A stretch of DNA of 64,000 nt, from the NCBI GenBank assembly GCA_964270895.1, contig OZ185447.1; one strand, given 5' to 3'. Position numbers and translations under genes: made by a program. Shown one piece after another: positions 1 to 21,101 of the stretch (position 1 is the stretch's first letter; each line of letters opens with the position of its first letter). The stretch is from Podarcis filfolensis. Its lineage: Eukaryota. The notes beneath the pieces are model-generated. The model was not told where the DNA came from and ran no database searches. It saw only the letters and a program-made list of their open reading frames with translations.

Positions 1-295
1 CTGCAAAAGTGCTATTTAAACGGTAAGTAGTGTATTCTTTTTTGGCGTGGGGGACACTCTTGAACCCCAAAGTGGTAGCCTAGAGGTGAGTGCTCTCTCC
101 CGCTTATTCTGCCTCCTCCTAGGTCCCACCGCTGTGCTGCGAGAGTACATTGCAAACCAGCTCACCCAGGAGCTGACCATGCTGCGCCTTTCAGTAGATC
201 AGCGCTTGAAGGCAACGGAGGACCAGTTTAATGCCAAGCTGCTCCAGCTGGAGAAGGGCCCGGGCAAGGGGGGTGCCAAGGGCAAGAAAAAATAA
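1..295 (+). CDS. CFAP119: Cilia- and flagella-associated protein 119 (CCDC189), last two coding exons (partial gene)
   Basis: Exon fragment 1-22 ends at donor G|gtaagt; last exon 123-295 follows ctcctag. Joined reading LQKCYLNGPTAVLREYIANQLTQELTMLRLSVDQRLKATEDQFNAKLLQLEKGPGKGGAKGKKK* resembles the CFAP119 C-terminus as recalled. Tail-to-tail position with PHKG2 matches human 16p11.2. Confidence 0.8.
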
Positions 296-1654
296 GCAGG
301 TTGGGAGGCGAGAGAATTAGCTTTTTAGATTAGAATGTTGAGAGGTTATCAGGCCCCACCCATAAAGTATCTCATTCCTCAGAAATTGTGGAAATGAATA
401 ATAGTCAAAAGGGGGGTGGGCCAGATAGACCACACTTTTAAATGCCTTTTAGAAACCTGTTTTTCAGAAACTTTCTACAGAAACTGTGATGTTAAGACAT
501 TAAAGAGCTTTCCAAACAATCGGTACCACTGTTGCACATCTTCTGTGTGTAGGATCCAGGCTGTATCTCCTCTCTCTCAGCCTGCTGCATTCCCCATCCG
601 AAGCACTCAAACCATTGTATAGAGTAGGTCTCCTCACACCCTACTAGCAGAGCTGCTACACTTTGGGGGCGCTGTCTGAATTGGGGATGTGCGAGTATTG
701 CAGGCATCATGCGTCCATGCCATCTCTCTCACTGGACCAGCTGCTGGAGTGAAACTGAAACACTGCCTTTCTTCAGATTTTCTCTTGAGTCCCTTTGACT
801 CCCACTCTGTCCCACTCTTCTCAAGCTGAACTCTTTTCCCGTGGGTGCACACCCCTTCCAGCAGCAACAGGATACCCCCACCCCCAAAACATTGAACACC
901 CCTTGGATTTTTCGCAGGAGAAATTCAACTCTGTGCCCTCTCCCAACTGAAAGAATATGGCTGCTTCTTAGGAAGCAAAGAAAGCCAAAGTCCGGCATCA
1001 GTTTTGGTCACATTCCATTTTATTCTAATTGTGACATCACGGACGTGGAAAGATGGCACAACCAGGTGGAAAATAAAATACAATATAATCTACAGAGAAG
1101 GGTCGAGCCCAATTCCTGCTAGTAGGGAAAGGGAACTCTGCAATTTCCAATCCCAATCCACCCCCTTCCTCCCTGGACCACCCATACTGGCTATATGCAA
1201 GGATTGATCCCTCAGCAATGGTGAAATTGGCTGCTTTGAGGGGCAAGAGGTAGCAGGTCCCCTTACTGTGGGAAGAGATGCAAGGACAGAAAGTCCTTCT
1301 TCTGGCAACACACAGATAAACCTCCCTAATCCATACACATCTAACAATTCAGATGCTCTGTATTCTTGCCCTGCTCAGATCTCAGGGCCCTTCCAAGGTA
1401 TGTTAGGGGACCCTTAGTTTCCAACAGCCACAAACTCAGGAATTCTTTCCAGAAGGCAAAGAAGTCCTTGTTCCCCAGGAAATTGGACCCCTCTTCGCAT
1501 GCAAGGATGAGGATGCCTCCCCACAGGAGGTACTTGCCGTTCCCCCAAGAAGAGATGGAAGGTGGTGGGACAGTTATTGAAGTGGCTCCTGCCTCCTTTC
1601 TTCGTTCAGGGACCCAGTGACTCCACAGTTGCACAGGGAGCAGCAACCGGGTGT

Positions 1655-9673
<8,019 letters not shown>

Positions 9674-10664
9674 CCTATTGTAGATGTGGAATGCTCTGGA
9701 TCAAGAGCTGAAAAGCAAAGGGTGATGGCAGCAGTGATATTTAGACAGCTGAATACTTCAAGCCCCAGCTACCCAAGAAGAGACATTTTGAAAGGTCAAC
9801 ATGGAAGGTGGAATGCAAGGAATGCAACACAGCAGTTGGAGAGCTAAGAAGGGCAGTAAACATAAGAGGCAAAGGATGTCTGATGTCAGGAGAGGCAGGT
9901 AGAGACATGCCAATTACCATGCCACTTTCAGGGGAGTTGTGGAAGAGATAAAGAATTACCCAGTCTTGGTCATCACTTGGCAGTAACCATTGGTAGGGCA
10001 TAGCTGACAATTTCAACAGACACATTTCAGCCATCAAGTTATCAAGGCCTCCGACACAAATCACAGGTTTCCTTTAGATCATCAAACTAGTCAAAATCAA
10101 CAAGTTGGAGGACTGCAATGTGGCTGCATCAGATTTCCCCAAATAGGGAAGAAAAAGACCAAAAAGCCTGAATCAGCTCTCTGGCACAATCACAATGGCA
10201 GGTTTATTGCTGCCTTGACCATATAACTACAGCAAGACTGCAGTGGGGAGTAGACTGCAGAACTGATCTAAGGGAGATTCCTCTTCAAATGTCAGGCATG
10301 AATGGTGCAGCTTATATCCTTTGTTTTCCATCCTCATACTGCAGCAATCCTGATATTTATTCCTCCAGGCAACTTGGACCAACATTTCAACTGCCTTATA
10401 ACCCTGTGAGGTTAAGCTATGCTAAACCCCACAGAGATTATGAACTCAGATCTCTCTGCAATAAGGCTGCCATGCAAAACATCCTGACTGCCACTGTGGA
10501 GCTTCATTTCAAACAAATATGCATAGGATTGCACTGTGTGTTCAATAGCCATCTACTACATCCCCATGACTCTGAGATTTCTTTGCTCCTTCAAAATAGA
10601 TCCTTACAACCGTGAGTTTGAAACAATACACTGCAATTACATCTCCTGGGTATCAGCACAAATT

Positions 10665-10880
10665 AGGAAAATAAAAAGAGCCTTCTGGGTTGGACCAATG
10701 ATCTGGCCATCATCCTGTTCTCATAGTGGCCAGCCGTATGCCTATGAGAAGGCCGCAAGCAGGACCTGAGCACATCCTGTGGTTTATAGCAGCTGGTTAT
10801 CAGGATCTCACCACTTCTGATCATGGAAGCAGAGTATAGCCAAATAAGAACAGTTGAAGGGAACCTTTTTTCAGCCACAT
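10665..10880 (+). mobile_element. Decayed interspersed repeat (SINE/CR1-related)
   Basis: Shares catcctgttctca(c/t)agtggcca(a/g)cc core with 14865-14960 and 60058-60265. Confidence 0.55.
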
Positions 10881-11699
10881 TCCCTTCTAGACAAGCTTCT
10901 GGGGGCTACATGCCCCATGCAGGGCTGGACAGGGGCAAACACAAAAGTGGGAGGGGCAACAAGTGTCAATATAACCTTTGAACATTAGGCTACTTCCTAC
11001 ACACACTCACACAGCCCTCTCTACCCTCCGTTCAGGGAAGCAAAGAGTTCTAGGACACATTCCAGCCAGGCAAAACCATTCAAGGAGTATGCAAAGCAGG
11101 GCCCATAAGGGGTGTGGCTGGGGAGAGTGCTGAGAGCCAGACAGAGAGGTTGGGAGGGCTAGAAGACCACATTCGGCCCCTGAGCATGAGGTTTCCCACC
11201 TCTGAATCAAAATAAACATGCACTGACAACAGGCTTGGCAGTTGATCCAGATTGTGCACAGGAGCATATCACAATCCCTATTAAACAATTACATCCCTAC
11301 TAAACAATCCCTATTACATTATTTGGAGTGTATAACCCCTTCTACAAGATCTCCAAACCCATAATACCCCTCTTTCTTTCCGCATCCCAGGACTTCCCCT
11401 TCTAAAAACATCTGCAGCACTGGACCACCTTGAAGGACTGGTGTAAGGATTACTAAGACAGCCCTTCGTTCATTATATAAATAACCAACGTTTAAACTAT
11501 TATACTATAATCTATGCAGCGGCTGAGCCAAGATACCCATGCTGTTTATCCTGGAAGTCCGCTTCCCAAGTCTCAATTCAGAGCCACGCAGAGGTGGAAA
11601 ATTCACTCTGTTTATACTCAGAGGCACTCTGTCCGTAGATTTCAGAACCGTGGCCTAGCACTGTCAACAGGTTCCGGGGCTCATCAGAACCCCAGGGTG

Positions 11700-12310
11700 A
11701 AATGAAGCCTTGCCTATCGGTCCAGCCCTTCCGAGTCGCCTCCCCCTCCTCTCTCCAGAGGGATTCCACACGCCGCCCCGCCCCGCCCGTGCACGCGGAG
11801 GGACTCCCCGAGATCCTCACCCGGCAGCGCCGTTGCTGGATGCGAGTGAATGACCCCCACCTGCAGCCGGCGACTCCCAGGCTCCGCCTCCTCTTCTTTC
11901 TGATTGGTCCGTCGCGTTCCAGAGGCGCGGCCGGGCAGTAGCACCAATCGGCGAAAGGAGAAAACAGGGTGTGTTGAGACGGACGAAGGCCGGCATCCAG
12001 TGAGTGGACGGATGGAGAGGGAGCGCTGTCAGCGGCAGCAGCCAATCAGCGCTAAGGTGAAGAAATATGGGGCGGGGATTAAAAGAGGAAGCGGCTGTTT
12101 CCGAACGGCAGCAGGGGAGGAGAGAATGCTCAGCCAATGAGCAAAGCCACGGAAGGGCGGGCAAAAGAAGCGCGTTATTGACAGGCGCGTTGACCCATCG
12201 GCTGCTCGTTTTGAGCAACAGCGCTGAGGGGAGGAGCTCAGAACCCGAAGGCTGGGGAAGACAGCGGCCAATCGCGATCGGAAGTGGGCGGGAGCAGAAC
12301 ATTGGGGTTA
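11700..12310 (-). promoter_or_regulatory. PHKG2 CpG-island promoter with non-coding exon 1 (donor CGG|gtgagg after 11821)
   Basis: CpG-rich. CCAAT boxes at 11903-11907 (minus), 11944, 12042, 12134, 12268 (plus). GC boxes at 12070, 12155, 12286. ETS-type CGGAAGT at 12279. Lies about 2.1 kb upstream of the PHKG2 ATG exon. Confidence 0.75.
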
Positions 12311-15187
12311 TTCAGGGTTTCATAATCGCGATACTAAAGGTCAGGATGAGGTCATAGCTACTACTTTCCCTCCTTCGGTTATTTGTTATGCAATTACACA
12401 ATAAACACCCCCCCAAAACGAAAAATACACTAGGGTCTCTCTACGGAGCAGGAGGTTCTATCTCCATAAACTGCTGCCTCTTGTCTCCTGGGTGGTCCTT
12501 TCGTGTCTTTCAGTTTGGGGCAAATCAGAAGTTTGGCTGTGAACAAAATATGATGATGAGAATGAGGATGATTCCATCTTTCCTCCAAGGAGCTCGAGGC
12601 AGCACATATTTCCTGCCTACCTCCTCTTCCGCTCTTCACAACAGTCTTGTGAAGTGAGTTCTGGCTGACAGATAATGACCCACCCAGGGTCACTCATCGC
12701 TCATCATGGATGAATAAGCATTTGAACCTGTGTCTCGCTGACCCATCATTTTAACCTCAACTTCACAGTCGGGTTTCCTGCACGGGATAAATTGCTCCAT
12801 CCCATGACATCCATAGGGGAAGAAAATCCCTCCAGTAGGACACCCAGTCACCCAGAGGCAGCTACACAAAGTGTAAAAGGATGCCTTGGGCCAAAAGGAT
12901 TTCCCTCTCCTTCTGCATATGCGAAATCAAGCTACATGGCCTCTCCTCCACCCCAAATCTTGCCATGACAAAGATGTGATCTCGTAACATGCAGTAAGAA
13001 TCGCTCACTCTCTTCTTAAGGTGGGAGGGAGGGGGTTATTGGTTGGTTTGTTTTTTCTTGTTTTTACCATGTATTTTTACGTTGTGAACCAACCTGAGAT
13101 CTGTGGATGAAGAGCGGTATACAAATTTAATATAAACAAACAAATAAATAAATAAATAACACATGCCAGGTACAGTTATATCCGTTGTCTGACCAGCATC
13201 TGCCAGTAGTGGTTATACAAGTGTTGTTATTAATGCTTTTTCATTAAGCATTAATGGAAGTGTAACTTCAGAACAGCATCAAGCATTGCAAGGCAACATA
13301 GGCATGTGTGCAACACCATACAGTCAAACAACATGACTGCCCCGCAAGAATCCTGAGAACTGTACTTTGTGAAGGGTGCTGGGCACTATGAGGGGTAAAT
13401 TACAATTTCCAGGATTCTTGGGGGGGAAACTAACTGGTTAAAATGTATGGCATGTATGAAGCTGAAGTCTGCAATACAACTCATACAGCTGTTGTATATG
13501 TATCATGTAGAAAGCTGCCACACTGCGGCCCTCAACTCTGTGCCACACCACAGAGTAACTTCATCACACAACTGCCCTCAAATACTTCTAATTCCAGATG
13601 CTAACCAGCAGCCTCTCCCTTGGAGCCTGCATGTAACAAGAAATCAGCGATTAAAACAGTTGTGAATGTTAACACCTTTCATCTTAGCTAAGGATGCTAA
13701 GCCTAACTGACCCCCCCCAACCATTCTCGCCTCCAATTACATATGGCTGAAGGCCCTTCTCTGCATATTGTATGTTGCATTAATTTACCTTTTTAATTGT
13801 CTGCCCTGCTCCGTAACAAGAAAACAACAAAGAGTATTGGAGTGGCACCTTAAAGACTTGGATTTCTCATAAATCTGCTGGTTTTTACAGCATCACAAGG
13901 TGCTGCCGTTGTTACCTCGGGTTGAAGCAGGGTGGGTTCATAAACTGACAAAGGCAATTTCGCTTCCTTTTAAGTTAATGTTTAAAGGAATGTTTACTCT
14001 CACAATGGGCTTGCCTGCACTTGGAGAATAGCTGCATCTTAAACATGCTCAGCATCATCATGTTTCTGAGCGGGTCATTACCGGTCAGCGGATGTGAGTA
14101 AAGGAAATAGGCATTGACATGATGGGGCAGACCCACACATTTAGAGCACATGTGGATCTGTACCACAATGTCAATGCATTTTTAAATCAGATGACTTCCC
14201 ACAAAGAACCATGGAAGCCATAGCTTGTTAAGGGTGCTGGGAATTTGTAACCACCTCCAACCACCGAGGCCAGGCAGAGGCAGCAGGTGGAAGAAAATAA
14301 GTGGTGGTACAGTGGCAGGATCTCCTGCCCTCTGTGGAGCTTGCTAGAAGTGGGTCGCTTCAGGTCACCTCATTGTTGCACCGGCCATAGGACTACAACT
14401 CCTATCATCCCTGACCAATGGCCATCCCAACTGGGGCTGATGATAGTTGGAGTTCAACCACATCTGGCAGGGGGCACAACTATTCCTGCCACTAGACCCC
14501 AAGTCCAATGTTTTATCTGTTTCTTCCAGCCCTACTCCTGTAATGGCTACCCAAGAGACAAGTGGAACAAAAACAACAACAACCCGCCCCCATGAAATCA
14601 CTGTAGTGCAACTGTTTATTTGTATTTTTGCATATATAATTGATGGGCAGAATAAAAATGCTTATTGAAAATAAATTAAATAAATAAAAGATTGAAGCAA
14701 GAAACACAGCACAGTGCAGAAACTATGTTCCTGTGTTTCCAATATCCTTTGATTCCAAGGGAGCATCTACACACAGGAGCAAAACCTGAATTGGGACAGA
14801 GCAGATACTTTGCCTCAAGAAGAACTCAGGTACATCCCAGCTACGCTAGAGCTTAAAGAGGAGGCGCCTCCCAGCTCAGAGCAAAGGCCCCTCTAGTCCA
14901 GCATCCTGTATTCCACTGTAGCCAATCAGATAAATGTTTTCTCCTGGTGAGTCCATAGAAGCAGGCTACGGAGATCTGATGTCTGCAGCAGAAGCTCTTC
15001 CATTTCTACAGCCTCTCTTCTAGGACCTCCGCAAAACAGGCTTTGACAAGAGTACACCAGACCAGGGTGCACATAACAAAGAACCACATAATACCCATTT
15101 CTGCTAAATCCAGCTGGGCAAGTATGTGGGAACCAGAAGAGAAGATGATCCTGGAAGTCCCAAGTCACATGTTCTTCAGGGTCATCA

Positions 15188-16843
15188 TCATTCAGCTTGA
15201 GTTAAGAGGTAGGAAATTAGGTACACTGACACGGGTGCCAGAATGATGAGGGACACCCAGACACTGATACTTAGGACAGACAATCTCCGGGACCTCCGAG
15301 CCCAGTCAGCCGCTGATACCTGGGAACCAGCCTTTTGCTTCTCACTAGCCTGGATGGGACAAAACCAAGAGAGAGAACCTCATTATTGATGTCACTTATT
15401 TTAAAGAAACATCCTTACATTTTAGGTCTCCTCCTCTGGACTTACCTTTCTCAGTGTATCTTGATGATATGTGTCATTTCCTTGCAACCTTTGATCTTAG
15501 TAGCCTTGACCCAGATTAAGGCTATATAATTCTAAGCTTGTTGTATAATCTTAGAAGGGTCGTACGGACGTGAAGGGGCATGGCTGCGACTCTCATTAAG
15601 GGACCCGGCACTTCTGGATTTGACTCCAAAGGGCCAACCTCCAAGGAACACCTGGCCTATGCCACAGAATGCCTGCCTTGCTGGGGAACTAGGGCTCCTT
15701 TCACAGTCCAGGTGGGGTGGCTCAGCTGTCGGAGGGATGGCATGGCCCAGAACATCCCGCAACATCCCTTTCTGGCCGCACATTGCAGGGGAAGAAGATC
15801 AGTAGTGGTGGCAAGCCCTCTCAGGGAATCTCGTCCACCATCTCCGGCCTTGTTGAGGAACCCCAAGGGTTCTCTGGAGCAGACTCTCATTGCCAGATGG
15901 AACGCAACGATTGCCATGCCTTGGTCTCGGATTGCACATCTCCACAGAGCATTCGCTGCAGTTTCACCATGTGACAAGAATGTGTGGGAGCTTCAAAGGC
16001 AGTAAATATTGGCCTGGGTGGGGCAGTGAGGTGGCTCCTGCCCACAACTGCAATACTGTGCTCAGGAAACATCTCTCTCTCACACACCCCATTTATTATG
16101 TGGATCTATCACTTTGTTTCATTGACATGACAACCCTGGATATACTACATCACTGGTTCTCAGTCACTTTTTACATCGCCTAACATAATATAACTTTGGC
16201 ATGCCTTTAATTTTTTAGCTGCCCATTTGTCCTGTAACTGCCCATCTGTGGGTCCAGCTGCCCATTTTTTGTTTAAAAACCACACTTGCAAGGACACAGG
16301 AGGCACAGCTATAGTTATTTATATTGAAAGGAAGGCAAGAGAATGGCAGAAGCTGTTAAGATCCCAGGGGGTTTTCATCTGATCAGTAAATACATTAGTA
16401 AAGGCTCAAGGTTTTCTCTAAGCAAAGTGTACTCACAGTGGACCTAGTGAACTTAATGGATCCAAGTTTGCTGTGTTCACTATTTTAAATGGCTCTGTTC
16501 TGAGTATGATCAATATCAAACCTGCTTCCCCTCCCTAAGCCTCCAGGAATTCTTTCCCTAGAAACTGGTTCAAATGCTGCACTGCATCCCTTGTCCCACC
16601 TACCCGCATCCCTTGTCAAAGCAGCAGATAACTCACCTTGGTTGCATAGATCAGTGCTAGGACTCCGATGCAAGAGCAGCCACAGATGATGCTAAGTATG
16701 GCCAGACTGCGCAGTCTGTGCTTATGAAAAGAAGGGGGCTTGGCAGGCATGTCCTTCTCCTGGATGTCTGCTGGGATCATCACAATGGTCTCTGCAGCAT
16801 CTTGCTGAAGGGTTCCATTTTTGAGCTCTTGCTCTCCTTCCAT
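15188..16843 (-). CDS. TMEM265: Transmembrane protein 265 (CD225/dispanin-like), 2 coding exons, 122 aa
   Basis: Exon 16843-16637 MEGEQELK...RLRSLAILSIICGCSCIGVLALIYATK (donor gtgagt) and exon 15349-15188 ASEKQKAGSQVSAADWARRSRRLSVLSISVWVSLIILAPVSVYLISYLLTQAE*. SIICGCSC motif and AE terminus match TMEM265; syntenic between SRCAP and PHKG2. Confidence 0.92.
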
Positions 16844-17639
16844 AGCAACTGGAAAGTTGCTGAAGTGTGCTGACAAGCCTGCTCTTTTCTCTCTGCTGTT
16901 TCAATTATCGCCACAATCAGTGATGATCTGAGTCCACATTTGTGCTTCTAAATTCCAAGCCAGGAGCTTGAAACAGCTAGTGGAGAGTTCGATCTTTAAG
17001 AGGGTCAGGTTCAAACCCCAGTGTACAGCACTGAGAAAGTGACTTTCGCTCTTGGCCTCAAGTTTCCTTTGTGTAAAATACCTGGGCGTATTATCGCCCT
17101 ACCTCACCGCTGCAAAAGGAAACGTGGAATTTAAAGAAACGTCTTTCACAAGCTGAGTGTTATAGAAATGATAAGGTAGCAACGCCCAAGAATTAATTCA
17201 CCTGAAGCCAAAAGGGTGTGATCCTCTTTATGCCTAAATAAGTCCCAGTTCCCAGTCTTCAGTACAGCTCCTCTGAAGGAAGAAATATTGAGAATAATCC
17301 AACATCCGCAGGCTGGGAGCTCACCTCTCAGAAACACTTTTATACACACCTGGCAGCTCCCAGTTTGTTTGGTTAGACCTTTTTTGGGCTGGGTCCCAGA
17401 CTCTTTATTGGGTGAGGTCACTGTTGTTGGACCTGACTCAGGTATGCAGGTTGCACATTCCTCCTGAGATCATACTTTCCTCCCCTCCTTGTCTACAGGC
17501 TAGTGCTTCAGCTTAACTGGGTTGCGGTTCAGGGAAACTTAAGAGCAGGAATTTCAATTAATGCAGGCAATCTGGGGGCGGTCTCAGCTGCTGAAGGGAG
17601 ATCAGGCTGAAATGGCAAGGTAGGCAAAATTACCTGCTG

Positions 17640-17717
17640 GGAGCAGCCCAGAGTGGCTGGGGAAACCCAGCCAGATGGGCAGGGTATAAATAAATTTATG
17701 ATGATGATGATGATGAT
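17640..17717 (+). mobile_element. L2-type LINE 3' tail ending in (GAT)n
   Basis: gcagcccagagtggctggggaaacccagccagatgggcagggtataaataaat matches the other L2 tails. Confidence 0.7.
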
Positions 17718-18457
17718 CCACAGTCTCTGGGAAAGGGAGGGATGTAGTGGCACGAGTTAGCACTGTGGGTTCCTTCGCCCTTAACTTTTACACAACTAGA
17801 TTTTTATGACAACTAGATTTTTATGACTTTTAAGTGCTTCCAAAAAAGAAGAGGGGGCAATACAATATTGCATCCACATATTGGTTGTCTAGCCCCATTG
17901 ACTTCAATTTTAGAGCTATAAAGTGTGGGACACATTTACTGCAGCCTTCACAGGTGTTTTTTTGCCCCCCCCGAACTTTTATCCTAACAGAGATAGCAAA
18001 GCTGAATGCAGTGCCTCAGTAGCAAAATGGACTCTTTTTCAACTCTCCTTTCCCAGTCCTTCAGATGCCTCAGGTCTGAGGCCTAGCACATCATGCTGAG
18101 GCTCAAGTGAGCTCAGCCTCCAGCTCTGCTCTCATGTAAATATGGCTAAGAACCAAACTGCAGAACTCTAGAATGGTTGCACCTGCTGGTTTACACATGT
18201 AGGTTTTGAAATAACACAGGAATCTAATTTCACCGTAACTGAGAATTTTGCATTAACTTCCAAGTACAGGTTTAACTCTTGGATTCTGTAAGATTTCACA
18301 TTTTGATCCCCTGAAGGCACGTTTTAGAAGATAAAAGGGGCATAAGGAAAGGCTGACCCATCCAGCCCTCTCACTAGCCCTGCCAAAAGAACAAATGTTT
18401 CCTTTAAAAGTTGTTGTCTTGTAATTACAATTAAGCAACTGTAGCACAGAGGAACTA

Positions 18458-18686
18458 CAGTGGAACCTAGGTTTTCAAACTTAATCCGTTCCAGTAGACT
18501 GTTCAGCTTCTGAAAAGTCCAAAAACTGAGGATCAATGGGCTGGCTGCAGTCAAGGGGAAAAAATGAAAAATGTGGATCAGAAGCTGTTTGGCTTCCAAA
18601 AATAGTTTGAAAACCAGAGCAGTTACTTTCAGGTTCGGGAGCCGAAACGTTCCAAAACGGAGGCATTTGGGAACCGAGATTTGACT
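18458..18686. mobile_element. Tc1/mariner-type MITE, decayed
   Basis: TA-flanked imperfect TIRs cagtggaacctaggttttc / gggaaccgagatttgactg; same family as 40570 and 59217. Confidence 0.6.
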
Positions 18687-19553
18687 GTATGTTTAAATTA
18701 AGTACTTGTTTTCTAGCATTACCTGTACCCATTTGGCCACTGCCAGGGTGGTTCTCATTTCTACAGCCATTCATATATTAGCCCCAAAGAGGGCTGTGTT
18801 TCAGAGGAATGCAGCCACTTGCTTTTTCACAAAACACTGTTGTATAGAAAAGCTACAGGTCAGAAGGCTGTTGTGAGAGGAATATGCCAAAAATGAATCA
18901 AAAGGCCTGAAAAGTGTTAACGGGAAGTCATATATCAACTGACTCATTGTTTACTCTTGGTTACTGTAGGCTCCGGAAGGTGTCATTCCTGATGCTGGCT
19001 ACAAAAATGTGACCAAACTGGTCCCCCGTTGTTTGTGGCATTGCCTGGCAGTGGGAATTTTTGTGCAATTGCCCCATGCCTCAGCTGAGGCGTGCCCTTG
19101 TTTAGACGTGCCAGGGCCCATTTCTGGCTCCTTGATAATCTATTATTGCTCATGGTACTTTCCAGATTAGATTAAAAACCTAGATATTGCAATAACAAGG
19201 AACTAGCTCTTCTCCACCAACATGTGGAGGTAGTACAGGCCTCCCTATTAATCCCCGCTCCCTGAAAGGTATAAAACCAAGAGGGAGCGACTTCTCTCCC
19301 CCAGCGATCAAGAGACATTAAGAGTCAGAGGACACACTCCAGCCAGTCAGAGACTTAGGGGGTGCAAAGCAGAGTCAATGAGGGGTAAAGTCCAAGGATT
19401 GTCCCACAGGCTTGGCAAGTGGCTTGGAGGACTGCATTTGGTCCCTATGCCTAAGTTTCCTCACCCCTATCAACACTGTTAGAGCCCCAAAAACATTCCT
19501 TTTGGTATACCTCACCCAGAGTACAAAATAAATAAGGATGGACGCCCTGCGAG

Positions 19554-20103
19554 GGGCACGGGTGGTGCTGTGGTCTAAACCACCGAGCCTCTTGGGCTTG
19601 TCGAGCAGAAGGTTGGCAGTTTGAATCTGCCCAACAGGGTGAGCTCCCGTTGCTCTGTCGCAGCTTCTGCCAACCTAGCATTTTGAAAGCACAACAGAGC
19701 AAGAAAGAACCCCTGCAGCAGGAAGGTAAACAGTGTTTCCGTGCACTCTGTTTTACGTCACGGTGTTCCATTGTGCCAGAGGTTTAGTCATGCAGGCCAC
19801 ATGACCCGGAAAGCTGCATGTGGACAAATGCCAGCTCCATAGCTGTCAACCTTCCCCTTTTTTGTGGGAAATTCCCTTATTCCAGCAGAGTTTCCCGCTG
19901 CTATCCCGGATTGTTAGATACCCCGTAGACTGTCCCCGGGACAGGTGAGGCTGCTGATTCCTTATTTTCGATGCTGTTGATCCCTATTTTCAAATCTGAA
20001 AATTGACAGTGATGGCCAGCTCCCTTGGCTTGAAGCAAGATGAGCACACCCTCCAGTCGTCCTTGACTGGATCTAACCGTCCAGGGGTCCTTTAACTTTA
20101 CCA
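19554..20103 (+). mobile_element. Sauria-type SINE interrupted by a hAT MITE
   Basis: 5' part 19554-19837 and 3' part 20015-20103 both align by eye to the intact SINE at 53812-54160. Confidence 0.8.
19838..20014. mobile_element. hAT-superfamily MITE with 8-bp TSD GCCAGCTC
   Basis: Termini CATAGCTGTCAA and TTGACAGTGATG (10/12 inverted match); GCCAGCTC at 19830-19837 and 20015-20022. Confidence 0.8.
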
Positions 20104-20668
20104 TACCTGCCCCTGTGAGTCATTGAACTTCTGCATATATGGATTTTAGAAAATGGTGTGCCCCACCTTGTCATCACTTGACAGTGGAGGAAGACTGGAG
20201 AGCTCTCACAGAGGAGCTGAAAGAGGCCATCTAGAAGACCGTGATGCTTTTAGCAGCCAACCTGCTCAGTGCGATTTTTCCTACCCTGGAAAATTTTTTA
20301 GTCCTGAGCCTCAGTGTATAAAAGCAGGGATGTAGCCCTCCTAATGCTGTTACTATTAATTATATTTGTTGTATGTGTTGCTTGCCTCTAGCTCCTGTCA
20401 GCCTCTGCAAGCATGGCCAAGAGTCACACCTGAGAGAGGCCATAATCTCTGAAAGACCACAGGTCCCCCATCCCTGAGGTAAAAGATAATCCCGTCCTCT
20501 CAAAAGCCAGTCATGGCACACAAGCTGGTTTTAGACTAAATGGGAAGTTATCTTTTTGAATATAAGAGTGTGGGCAGAGGGAGGGCCTGTGAGAGCCTGA
20601 GGCTTGCACATGCAACACAATGCAATGGTCTAATACTGTGCATGAACCAAGCGTTGGATCTTCTAAGG

Positions 20669-20862
20669 CAGACCTTTCCAAACTTTTCATGTTGGTGACA
20701 CACTTTTTAGACATGCATTATTTTGCTACACAGTAATTCAGTTTTATTAGCAAACCGGAGGTTAAACTAACCCCTTTCCAGCCCCAGAAGCATTCAGCCG
20801 ACACATCTGCACACTGCAGCTGACACACTAATGTGTTGCGACACAGTGTTTGGAAAGCTCTG
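20669..20862. mobile_element. hAT-superfamily MITE
   Basis: TIRs cagacctttccaaac / gtttggaaagctctg (14/15); 8-bp TSD ttctaagg / ttctaggg. Confidence 0.8.
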
Positions 20863-21095
20863 TTCTAGGGCACTGGTGGGGCACCAGAAGTTCCTGGACT
20901 CCAGCTCCTCTAGTCAGGATGCTCAAGGGTCAGGGATGATGGAAACTGTACAGACATTGGGAGGTCCACAGGTACCCCATCCCTGCTCCAAGAAGACTGA
21001 AACAATCAGAAAAGGAAGCATGAAGTGTCTTCTTTTTTTAAAAAAAGACACTACAGACCCATTTGGTGTGCTGTTGGTTTTTCTTTTTTTAACAC

Positions 21096-21101
21096 TTTAT
21101 T
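21096..21101 (-). terminator. Probable SRCAP polyadenylation signal AATAAA
   Basis: tttatt on plus, about 1.2 kb downstream of the SRCAP stop at 22305. Confidence 0.55.

Noticed and set aside
1359-1373. TGTATTCTTGCCCTG (and a similar string at 41402-41420) resembling part of SNORA30 as recalled
   Set aside because: No surrounding hairpins or H/ACA boxes; the first lies in UTR sequence on the wrong strand for SRCAP; chance match.
17790-17828. 17-bp tandem duplication (also a 13-bp one near 40506-40531)
   Set aside because: Simple slippage duplications with no further structure.
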